Below are positions 38,830 to 50,535 of a stretch of 64,000 nt of DNA, piece after piece. Both the position numbers and the translations under genes were made by a program. The stretch spans positions 5,332,001 through 5,396,000 of the forward strand of contig JAQFVV010000004.1 of NCBI GenBank assembly GCA_028023455.1. Reading direction: 5' to 3'. Below the pieces are notes generated by a model. The model saw only the letters and a list, made by a program, of their open reading frames with translations. It ran no database searches and was not told the DNA's origin. How positions within the stretch are numbered: the stretch's first letter is position 1; the number at the start of each line of letters is the position of its first letter. This stretch comes from Epiperipatus broadwayi. Taxonomy: Eukaryota; Animalia; Onychophora.

Positions 38830-41258
38830 TATGATAATATTTTGAACTGTTTCCATTATCTATCATTAAATGTTGAATGTCTGGAAAATTTTAAACTTAA
38901 ATTTTTCAAATATAAACAATTGTTAATAATATCATACAAATAGATAACACAGGTTAGTAATTTACACAATTTTTCAAGTGATATTATTCTCCACTCTTCT
39001 ACAGATGTTGCTGGTCTAACTGGTGACATTAGCATAGGAATTGAACTTAACCTTTAGATTCTTGAAAATCAAAATTTTAAGACACTGCTTTAACCAACAG
39101 AGCTATTCTATCAAAGGTAACTGTCAATAGAAAAATTGTTTCAAATCCTGATTCCTCCCAATTTATTTATACTTTTTTCTAAGAGTAAGGTTATTTAGAG
39201 GCTTTTAGATGTTATGTATTGCTACATTCGGTTGACTTATAGGATAATGTGTTCATTGTCATATAGGACTATTTGTTACTATCATATGAGTAGCTTCTTT
39301 GAATTTTTATCTTTGTACATTTTCCTCTCTATCCAATATTTTTTGCCTTTTCTCAATCAAACATATGTTGTTTAGTATATACATGGTTTACTATTATAGA
39401 CATCTGATTTTTTTTTCTAACCATATAATTAGTGTTCTTTCAATCACTGCTCAATAGAGTGATTGGTACCACCAACTTATTTCCACATTCACACGGTATA
39501 TCATAGATGCAGTTTTTGTTTTTCAGCAATTCACGTTTAGACTTTGTAGAAATTAGAATTCTTCAAAGTGTGATATTGCTTTGGAAAGTTGTTTTAATGT
39601 TATGTTGACTACAGATTTTTTTTTAATTTATCTGCTATTCCTAGTTTCTAAACAAACTTCCTTTTTGTTGTTCCATAATGATGTATAATTCCATGTTTTG
39701 TCTTCTTGTGTGATTGGATGTGTACCCTAAACACTTACCAGGGTGTGTTGGTTTCCTATAAACTGTTGTTTTTACTTTTCCATGAGGGAGTCTTGTTACA
39801 AGAACATCTAAGAATGCCAATTTTGTTCTTGTTCTTATTCCATTGGGTTAATTGAAGGGGATATATATTATTGATGTGCATACAGAATGACTGTAATCAT
39901 GCTTAACCATGTGGCCATATAACAAATGTATCATTAGCATAGTGAAGTCACACTTTAGGTGGAAATGGAATAGTATTTATGGTTATGGTTTTAAGTTTTT
40001 TTCATGTAAATGTTGCTAAGCAATGGTGACAGTGCTGAGCCTGTGGCCTTCTCTTGATTTTGATGGAAGAATTCCGAGTTATATTGAAAGTATGTTGTTA
40101 TATGCAGAAGCTAAAAATTCCATTATACCCTCAATGGGTAGAGTTGTTCTGGTTTTTTATATTATTATCATCATATAACCTTTTCCTTATAATCGACAGT
40201 GTTTCATCATGTAGTACATTTGTAAATAAATTTTCCACATTAAATCTTACCACTATTTCAGTTCTTTCAATTTTCATGTCCCTGATTAATTCTGCAAAGT
40301 GTTTAGAATCCCTGATGAAGAACTGTATCTTGTATGCCAAAGAACTAAGAATTTCAAGAAGAAATCTTGACAAGTTTGGCATAGTGAAGAACTGTATCTT
40401 GTATGCCAAAGAACTACATTGTCTTTGTAAATTTTAAGTAGACCATAAAGTTGAGGAATTTTTCTGAAATATAATTTTTTTTTTTTTTTTCCAAATTACT
40501 GCAATATCTATGATGCTTCTGCAGCAATTCTTGTGACTTTACTTTGTACTTGGAATTGGATTTTTTTGTCACTTTTTTTTATTGGCTACTGTGAGAAGTT
40601 ATTGTATTTTGTTATCATAATCAGTTGTATCCACTACAACTGTAGTGTTACCTTTTTAGAAGGGAGAATGTTTATAGATGTATTCTATTTGAGAGATTTA
40701 ATAGCTTTCCTCTCATCATGTGAAATGTTTGAAATCTGCTTTTGATTTCTTATCAAGTGTTCTTTTAACTTTCCAGAGGCAATTTTTGAGTGATTTCTTC
40801 AATGGCTGTTATTATATCCAATAATGGGATAATAGATGATGTAATGGTGAAGTTTAAACATTTTCCAAGAACAGATAATTTAGTATTGGTAATATGTTTT
40901 GAGCTAAGATTTTTAACTGAAGTTGATCAATTATTTGTTACACTATGATTTTTGATATGTCCATGTAGATTTAAAGCTTTTTCTTCTGACATTCTTTTAT
41001 TCTTCCATGTAATTTAGAATATGATCTTTTCACTGCTTGACAAACTCTTGTGAAGTCTTCATCATAAGTTTATTTCTTTGAAAACATTTCACATTTCTAA
41101 TATAATGCAAGGTTTTAGTACTTGGAAAACCTTTGAATATTTAGTCTTTCTTGCAATAGGGCTTCACTTGATCTCTGAATAATCTCAGTTTTCTTGGAGA
41201 GAATAGGTTTTAATTGCAAACTCTTATGCATGATTCCTTCAGATTTACAACAAGTCAT
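38830..41258 (-). mobile_element. Penelope-like retroelement (RT + GIY-YIG), decayed, minus copy
   Basis: Minus-strand CKSEGI..KSLQLK, KAIKSLK..KGNTTVVVD, FIRDSKHFAELIRD..FNVENLFTNV (ORF 40131-40409), LSPLLSNIYM, VYRKPTH and IYDIPCECG. It ends in a tRNA-like segment and a terminal block. Confidence 0.88.
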
Positions 41259-42850
41259 TACAAAAAAGTGACAAAAAAATCCAATTCCAAATACAGTGGT
41301 TAAAGTTACAAGGATGTTAGTGATTAAGAAAAAATTAAATTAATATCATATTTTAGTTCTTCATCAGGATTTCAAAACATTTTGTAAATAATCAGGATCA
41401 TGGAAATTGAAAACTGACATAGTAGTAATCTTTGATGTGAAAAGTTTATTTACAAAAGTATCATGTAAAGAAAAGTTGTGATGATAACAGACTAAAAACA
41501 AGAACAACTCTACCCATTGATAGTATAATGGAACTATTATCTGTATTTTTTCAACAAAATCAAAGGACGGCCCTAGCCTCACCACTGGCACTCTTGCTTA
41601 GCAATATTTACATGAAAGAACTTGAAACCTCAGTTATAAATATTACATTCTTATCTAAAGGGTGGCTTCACTATGTTGATGATACATTTGTTATATGGTC
41701 ACATGGTGAAGCATGATTACAGTCATTCTGGATGCATATCAACAATGTATCTCTTCAATTAAGTTCACACTGGAAATATAATTAGAACAAAAAAGGGTAT
41801 TCTTAGATATTTTTGTGACAAGACTCCTTTATGGAAAAGTAAAAGCAATAGTTTATAGAAAACCAGCACACACTGGTAAGTACTTAACATATAGATCCAA
41901 TCACACCAGATGCACAAAACATTGAATTATACTGTCATTATGAAACAGAGGAAAGGAAATTTGTTCAAAAACCAGTGATTTGGAAAATGAAAAGATCTAG
42001 AACAAACTTTTATGAAGATTGGTTATCCATCAGCTGTCATCAAAAAAACCTTTAACAAACAACAAAAAGAGACACCAAAATGCAAAGCAATTATTGGTAC
42101 TGTAGTGCATCCATACATACCAGGAATAGTGGACAAATTAAAGAAAATCCACAATCAATATAACATTAGAACAGCTTTCTGAAGCCATACCAGATTCGAA
42201 GAATTCTAACTCTACAAAGTCTAGACTTGAAGTGCTGAAAAACAAAAACTGCATATACAAAACACCATGTGAATGTGGAAGGAAGTATACTGGTGAGACC
42301 AGTTGCCCTGTTGAACAGTGTTTGAAATAACATAAAATATATGGTTAGAAAAGAAAAAATCATGTGTCTACAGTAGAAATCATGTATGTACTAATGAACA
42401 TATGTTCAATTGGGAAAAATATAAAATATTGGATAGAGAGGAAAATGTGCAAAGAAGAAAATTCAAAGAAACTGCTCATCTGACAATGGCAAATAATCCT
42501 ATAAATCAACCCAGTGTGGTAATACATAATGTCTGAAAGCCTCTAATTAATCTTGCTCTTAGAAAAAAGTATTAAAAATAAATTGGAGGGATCAGGAGGA
42601 TTTGAAGCAACCCTCATAGATATTGACTGTTGCCTTTGATAGGATAACTTACTTGATTAGAACATTGTCTTAAAATTCATTATTCAAGAATCTAAAGATG
42701 TAAGTTCGATTTCTATATTATGTTGTGTAATCTACTAAGCTGGGTTGTTACTAATAGTTTGTATTTGAAAAGTTGAAATAAGTTTAAAATTTTCTAGACA
42801 TTCAACATTTAATGATAGATCATGGCAATAGTCCAACATATCACAACTAT
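41259..42850 (+). mobile_element. Penelope-like retroelement, decayed, plus copy (head-to-head with the minus copy)
   Basis: ASPLALLLSNIYM..WLHYVDDTFVIWSHG (ORF 41528-41716), VYRKPAHTGKYL, and GIY-YIG-like CIYKTPCECGRKYTGET (42247-42303). Same 3' terminal segment as the minus copy. Confidence 0.9.
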
Positions 42851-44879
42851 TCTGCAAACATCCCATATATTAAATGGTTTAAGAATTAATACTCAAACTA
42901 TTTTTAGGGTTACTTTCAGTTTCCACCTCATGAAAAATAAGTAATAACTTTTTCATAATTTATCATATCTTGATTCAAAATATCTTTTTGCATCTAATTA
43001 AGATTTTTTTGTTACTTGCAGCTTGATTTGTTGTTGTTTTTAACAAATATCTTTTTGTAAATGTTATAATATTAAAAGTTTTTTTTTTTTTTCCCATTGT
43101 GACTATTTAAAACAAATTTTACAATAATGTGATGAAAATCTATCTAGAAGTACTATCATGTTTTAATATTTTATTCAAAGAAGTAAGAACTTTTAAATCT
43201 TTGCCTAAATAAGTAATCAGTTGATAATTAAAATAGACTAATAGTACTCTGAATTTAAAGATGAGACATACCAATATAAATTCAAAAGAAATATCTGTAA
43301 AGCTGTTTTATTGTTTAACATATAAAAATAATAATTAAAAAATATTTCTTAAGGCGTTGCCAAAAAAATATATAAGCAAAGTATAAAAAAATTACATCTT
43401 TGGACATTACTTTTTTATTGATACTTGCATTGAACTCATTTTACTGAATATTTGAAACTCTTGTTGTTAGTTGGACTGTTTTTTTAATTATGACTACTGA
43501 ATAAAAGTTAGGAACTAAGAGTTCCAGATTCAAGATATTTTACTTTTATTTCAAAAACAGTTGAATTCATTTAATAAATAAAACAAGAATTATTTAATGA
43601 ATTGAAAAATGGAGGGAAGGGATTTTGAAAGTTGATTCCATATATGATAGATCTGCTTTTTTTGGATTTTATTTTCAATATCACATAAATAAATACTTTT
43701 AAGACAGGTATAACCTGTATCAAATGTGTCTTGAAATTTATAATAGTCAAACAATATCTTTATTTTGCCAATAGGAGGGATTTCTCAAACCACAACACAA
43801 GATAGCAACTTTTATAAAGATAAGATCGACCATCTTATCTTTAACCTAACTTTCCACTTATATAAGCCAATCTGAAGCATCTTGATTTGGGAGCGTGAAG
43901 TTGTTGTTCTCTCCACTGTTTAAGTCCACATATACTTCCTGTGCACTTAATAAATAATTATACTCTACAATATCACTTGGAAATTATAATGATTTTAAGA
44001 ATTTTTTTAAAAAAGAAAAGACAAATGCAATAATTCTAAAACCAGCTAAACTCAATCCAAATTTCTCTATGGAATTTCTTATATATATATATTTTTTATA
44101 AGCCTGAACTGCAATCATTAATCATTGTAATTTCTCTATTCGATATTTATTAATGTATAAGTAAATTATATATATTATACCACTAGTGAGCAGCTCTACA
44201 TGTTTTGTAATACTTGTATTTTGTAATACTTGTACTGAAAATGCAATTAGTTTAAAGATTTAAAAACGAAATTTTAAAGAAATAAAAATACTACAGAATC
44301 AGTTATCAATAAATGATTGGAATAAATTTTGTTAAAAGAAATAAATAAAAGTTTTAAGAAATAGAAATATAATTTAGATAATGTTTAAGAAAGAGAAGTA
44401 TAATTTAGAAAGTTTGAAGAGTTTTTTTTTTTTAGAAATGCAGATCATCAAAAGACAAAGCGCTGCATCATCTTGTTATAATAAAGTTTTGCTAATTTAA
44501 GAGCGAGTAGGGGGAGGAGAGAAATTTAACTAAGTAAAAGGTTAAAAGAGTTCTCTCTCTTTTCACAAACTTAAAGAAAAAAAATGTGTGTATGTAAAAA
44601 TGAAAATAGAATTAAAATATGAAAGGAAAATGTATAAACCTTAAATCCGCTTAAAGATTGTTTGACCGATAAACAGAAGAAAGGGAATAATAACTATAAA
44701 TTGCAGTAAATGGAAACTAGAAAATAATTCAAGACGATATCTTATCCAAAGGCCAGATTAATCTACACAAGTATGTGGATTAAAACACAATGGTTATTTA
44801 ATTAACAAAATGTATAATTAAATTAGATTGGAGTGATAAGTAGAGAGACAATAAAGAGGAATCATATAAAAGGACTGAA

Positions 44880-45480
44880 AATCCATTCATCATTCTTGAT
44901 TTGTGGTTATTCTTTATTCATCATGCATATTAATCATCAAGATTAAGACTATTATAACCATATAATGCTGGCATATTCATATTGCTACCGTGGAAGAGCT
45001 CCAGTGAAGATGGGAAAAGCCATTAGTGTCCCAGAATGCGATTAGGTGTCTTCACATTCACCAAAGAACCATCTAATTCCATGCAATGCTAGACAGTCCT
45101 GGGAGTATGCAGTTAGTCTCCAGTACCAATCCTCCAGAACATCAGAAATCCTCCATCTAGAAATCATGCCATGTAATAGTCTGAATAATCAAAGAATGTC
45201 TATCTCAGAAACGCAGAAAATCAGACAAGAGCCAAAACCATTAGTGAAGTCCAAAAATCCAACCGGTTAGTGACCATTGTAATAGAAGAAAGAGAGGAGT
45301 CGTACTCACAGAAGTATAAAGTGCAAAAATCCTAGATAATTATGAATTTCCTTATTCATATTCATGAACTGATCATGTTTGAATAAGAGACTTTGTTAGA
45401 CTTTGATAACCATAGCAATCTTCAAGTGCCTCTCATAATTATCTTATAAAATAAACCCTAGTATGTGCGAGCATATTTAA
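44880..45480. other. Unclassified GC-elevated block, possibly TE UTR/LTR-derived
   Basis: Visibly higher GC than the flanks. ORF 45046-45270 is not recognisable. Confidence 0.3.
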
Positions 45481-48400
45481 TCTTATAATATATTTTAATT
45501 AATATGCACAAAGCTTTCCTTTGAATGATGAATTTATATTTCAAGGTGTGTGTGCACATGCAGATCTATAACGTTTAATTGTATTATTCTTTATTATCAT
45601 GTATTTTACTAAAAGTGTGCTTAAACAAATTTATAATTCTCTTTATTATATTATTCTTAATATCATGTTTTAATTAGAAGTGTTTTAAAATAAATTGTTT
45701 GTTTGCTAAGTTATTATTTGATTGGTTCTCTTTAATAATTATGCCACTAATAGACAGTCTTTAGTTAAGTAAGTGTAAGCACTAAGCAGTCTACTATAGT
45801 TTGTCTTCCTACAAATAAAAGAGCTAGTTAGGGATTAATCAAGCACTAAATTGTTTACCAGTCATCCAGGCATGCTAATTATAACTTATGATTAGCTGGC
45901 ACCTGAGGTAATCAAATGGAAATGCTTTGGATGGCAGCGGTTTGAATTTAGCAGCCGTCTATAGCCTGGAAATGTGACCACAGATTATACCTTGTATAAC
46001 CTTGATCTGGTTATAGGTACCATTAGTCTTATCCACCTTCTGTATTTGACTTCTCTGCTTGAAGGGCCGGTGTGCTGTGATAATAAAAGTGCACTTGGAG
46101 AGATCAAGATTTAATAAGATTTTTTTTATTTATATAATCATAGCGATCCCACCCAGTTCAATATATAAAGCTGAAAAATATCTAATTAAAATAAATTAAA
46201 TGTTTTTTAAAAAATAATGAAATTCTACTTTTTTTTTAGTATTAGTCTCTCAAAATCATATAAATATACTTTATAAGAAATAAACATATTGCTTTTATAT
46301 TGACATTAGTTCTGTTCTTACAAGAATAAAATGCAATTTTAATATTATTACTATTGCCATTTTGAATGTAAGAAATTTCATTCCACAACTAAAAAATAAA
46401 AATACTTCACCAATTTTTAATTAATGAAAATTTGTGATTAAAGTTATGCTTTTATGTTTGTTTGTATTTTTTCTATTTAAAAAATGAATATTTTAAAAAT
46501 CATTAATGTTTCAATCTATTTTTTTTTATATATCCAATATTACCCAAATGACAAAGGCTCATTCCCCCCCCCCCCCACGTATTAAAAATATATAAATTGT
46601 GTGTGTGCATTGCTGTGAAAAATGCTTTTGCATTTTATATTACCAATTATTTAGATTCAATTTTATATAAGTAGATAGACTAATGTGTAATATTAATGTA
46701 TTCTGGATTTCAATTTCATCTATCTCTGAGTGTATTTTGTATGTTTTATTACGAATAGTATACATATATTCATATTTAATAGGAATAATAAGTAGTGAAA
46801 AACTTGCTGTTTATTGAAAAATGTAAGTCATCCCCAACTCTAATAACTTTGCATTGTTTATATTAGAAAGCATTAAAACATGGTTAATCAAATTTTCTAA
46901 CGCATAAAATAATGTTTACAGTATTATTATAATAAATAATTCGTGTTTTGTAATTTTACATTAATGCAAAAGAAAAAAAAAATGTGTTAAAAGAAAATTT
47001 ATTTTTTTTCAATTCAGATAATTCTACATTAAAATATTCCATTAGAGAAATAAAGTAGCTTATTATTTAAATAATTTCTGTTATAAATAAAATTCTAATA
47101 TTTGAACCCAAAAATGTTTTAAAATAAAATTGTTCCTTGTCATCTTCAATATCATACCAGACCTAATCATTGTCAACTTGAAAATAGTTTTCTGAATTAT
47201 ATTTAATTAAAAGTCTATATATAAAATTAAGTATATTATCATTTTTAAAAGTTCTTTCTTTTTTTTGCTGATCTATTTTTACCTTTAATAATAATAATTA
47301 AAATTGATGAATTTGAAAATTGATTGAAAACTGAATGGCACATACAGTAGATGTATCATATTTCCTGCATTTTATGTAACAGATGGAGAAAATTAATCAC
47401 TAAGTTATCATGAAAATATGTCTTTTTTAGTGAGAAAAATTACCAGACATAATTTTTTAGGAGTAAACCAAGGGGAAAAACAGACTTGTCAAAAAGCTGG
47501 AATTTTTTTTTTATTAAAAAAAAAAATTTCCAAGAACTTAAAATAGAATATGATATTAAAAATAGATTGGCAACTTAATTTTAAAATTATAAGTAAAAAT
47601 TTTGAATATTTTATAATATAAACATATTTATCTGCTACTGAATGGTGCTATATATTAAATTTTAACTCATTTAAAATAATCATGAATATATTGCTGTTAA
47701 TTTTTTTTTTTTTTTGAGTCTTTATGATTCTTTCATATTTTTTTATAATTTTTCAAGTTTTAGCAGCATTCCCAAAATTTTCTCAATAACCCCCTCCCCT
47801 CCATTATTTTTATAGATCTCGGGCTAAACATTTTTTTAATTTTGTTCCAAATGGGATATTTCATAATGTATAAATATTAAATTGCTTTTTTTGTTTGTTT
47901 GTTTATCTTTCTTATAACATTTTATATCGTAAACAAAATGGTCCTCATTTTTAATTAGAACTTTAATCCTTCATAAAATAATTATCAAAGCAATAATAAA
48001 AAATTTAGGCACAATATACTTTAAATTTAGATACTTTTAATGAGTAAGAAAGATTAAACTGCAATTGATTTAGTTTTTCATTAGAAATTTCAAAATATAC
48101 TAACATTTGCCTTTAAATATATTAAAAGACAAATTTAGTTAAACTTTTTTTTTTTAAATTTAAAATGATTTCACAAATTTGAAATTTGCTTTGTAGCTCA
48201 TCTTTAATATTGCTTTTTTTTTAGTTTATTTGTAATCTTTTTATTTAAAACATATTTGTAAAAATGAAAGTTTTTTTTAATCTCATTCATTTTTTTTTAA
48301 AAATTAATTTTTATATCAATATGCTTTAATTTACTAAGAGTTTTCTTTCATCTTATTAGTTTTTGTACACAAACCACCACATATTTCTTTGCCTTTAAGA

Positions 48401-50219
48401 TAGGTAATTTATTAATCAAATATGCTTGAAAACTGTTTTTGTATTCCATATTAGCTGATTTAAGAAAGCCAAAAAGAAAGGTTGAAATGGGAATTTCAGT
48501 TTGTTACACTCACCTTAATATTGATCAAAGTCATCTAACTTTCAGAAAACAATTTTTCGATCATTATAACTAATACATTTGTAAATGAAGAATATACATT
48601 CCCATATAATGATAGAAATATAACAAACTTCATTTTCTCTTGCAATTATGCTAATACTTAATATAAATGAACATAGAAGACTGAGATTAGTCCAAAAGAT
48701 GTAAAGTTCTATGATGGATGATCAAATTCCCAATATAGCAAGATTTTATCATGTTCTTCAGAAATAGTGTTCATAATATCAAATATAAACTTAAATAATT
48801 GCTTAAGAGGACGTTAAAAATTCTATATTTCTTACAATTCTCAATGGAACAATTGTAGAACAATTTGAAATTTTTTTATTTTCTAGATATTTTAGTTAAT
48901 TCTGCATGATTTGGTGCAGTAGTAATGTGACAAACTGGAACTTAAGATTTATGGATTGTGCCCAGTTCTATTGCCTCTGACACTGAAATTTCTTTATGAA
49001 TATCCAAGCAGTGAAGTCATTTGATTTTTTTTTATAGAAATTTTAATTTCAGAAATTTAACTACAGTATTTCAAAATATATATCATTAATAAAAATATTC
49101 TAATTATTAAATGTTATGTATCTGCTTAAATCAAAGCTGCAGAATTTTGTAATGATTTATTAAATCTGATAGCATTGCAGTTATAAAAGTTACTCATATG
49201 ATTATTTCTTTGATGACTTTTGATTTGAGTAAATTATTATTTACAAGAAGATATCAAATGACTTTCTAACATGATTATGTAAAAATAAATGACATAATTT
49301 TTATATTTTCTGATCAGAAAATATCAGTTTTAGATATCCACTGATTTTGTAAAAGTGAATAAAGAAAACATTATTTTTTCTAAGAATACATAAAAAATCT
49401 ATATGATAAAGGATAACAATGCTAAAGATTTCTATAGCATTAATGTGGCTTTTAAAAAAATCATTTTAAATAAAAATTCTCTAATTAAAGTCAGGGATTA
49501 CTTCAGATATAAACAAAAAAATGTCAGATTCATTTGATTAGTGGTGAATAATATAATAACCAAAATATATAAGATCGTACATATTCTGTCAATAACTAAA
49601 TAAATATTGCAAAGAAATCAAATCATATATCACGTGACTTAATTTAACAAGCTTGTATTACAAATATTATCTAATGAGCTTGCCAATAGCTCTTAACAAG
49701 CTTTTCAGAATATCCCTAATTCCAGACTGGTTTCTGCTTCTGGCTTCCTCATTGAGGTGCTAGGATATATAGCCATATGGGACTGGACTAAGTTCAGATA
49801 CATTATATATTAATAGCTTTAGCAATATAAAATTGCCAAAGCCTTAATAGCAAAAAATATAATTGCAAAGAAATCAAGTCATATATCATGTGACCTAATT
49901 GTAATACAAGCTTGTTAAATTAGCTCACATGATATATGACTTGATTTTTTTGCAATTAAATTTTTGTTTTTAATGCTTTGGTGATTTTATATTGCTAAAG
50001 CTATTAATATATGGTGTATCTGAACTTAGTCCAGTCTCATGTGGCTGTTTATGTTAGATAGCTAGATTTAAAGACATATGAATGTCTGAAAATTTCAGAT
50101 TTTCTAATTAATAATTAACCATTTGAAATAGTTAAGGCTTTACTTCATTAGCATTTGAAATCAATTAATATATATATATGCTCTGCGCACAGATAATGAA
50201 GCTGTTAAACGTAATTACC

Positions 50220-50426
50220 ATATGTGCTCTGCGCATAGATAATGAAGCTATTAAACGTAAGTAAAATTATCAAGAGTTACCGCCGAGCTATTTCAGGACA
50301 GTTTATAGTCCCATATTCATGGCTACATGAATATGGGACTATAAACTGTCCCGAAAGTGCTTGGCGGTAACTCTTGATAATTTTACTTAAGTTTAATAGC
50401 TTCATTATCTGTGCGCGAGCACATAT
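50220..50426. repeat. Near-perfect hairpin (~100-bp arms, 4-nt loop GCTA), MITE-like, nested in the 49.6-kb array
   Basis: 50220-50321 pairs with 50326-50426 (ggacagtttatagtcccatattcatg-gcta-catgaatatgggactataaactgtcc). The first ~45 nt are also duplicated at 50172-50215. Confidence 0.88.
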
Positions 50427-50496
50427 ATTTATTAACCATTTGATAAAGTGCTGGGTTTGACCTGGTATTTTAAAACTAATGCTTGAATATTCTAGC

Positions 50497-50535
50497 ACCT
50501 CACTGAGGAAGCCAGAAGCAGAAACCTGTCTGGGA
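50497..50535 (+). ncRNA. Hammerhead-like motif (family C)
   Basis: CCTCA-CTGAGGA (50503-09)-A-GC-cagaa-GC-A-GAAA-CCTGT-C^TGGG. 4-bp stem I, 2-bp stem II flanked by A/A. An inverted sister copy lies at 49718-49760. Confidence 0.4.

Noticed and set aside
39030-39110. tRNA gene
   Set aside because: No full cloverleaf or clear anticodon arm. It is present at the same position in both PLE copies, so it is part of the element.
38810-42880. TSD around the PLE pair
   Set aside because: Only short AT-rich matches (atattaaat), not adjacent to the element ends.
48505-48640. Strong minus-strand donor (AAG/GTGAGT) with a nearby signal-peptide-like short ORF
   Set aside because: The ORF stops before the donor and there is no other support for a nested gene.
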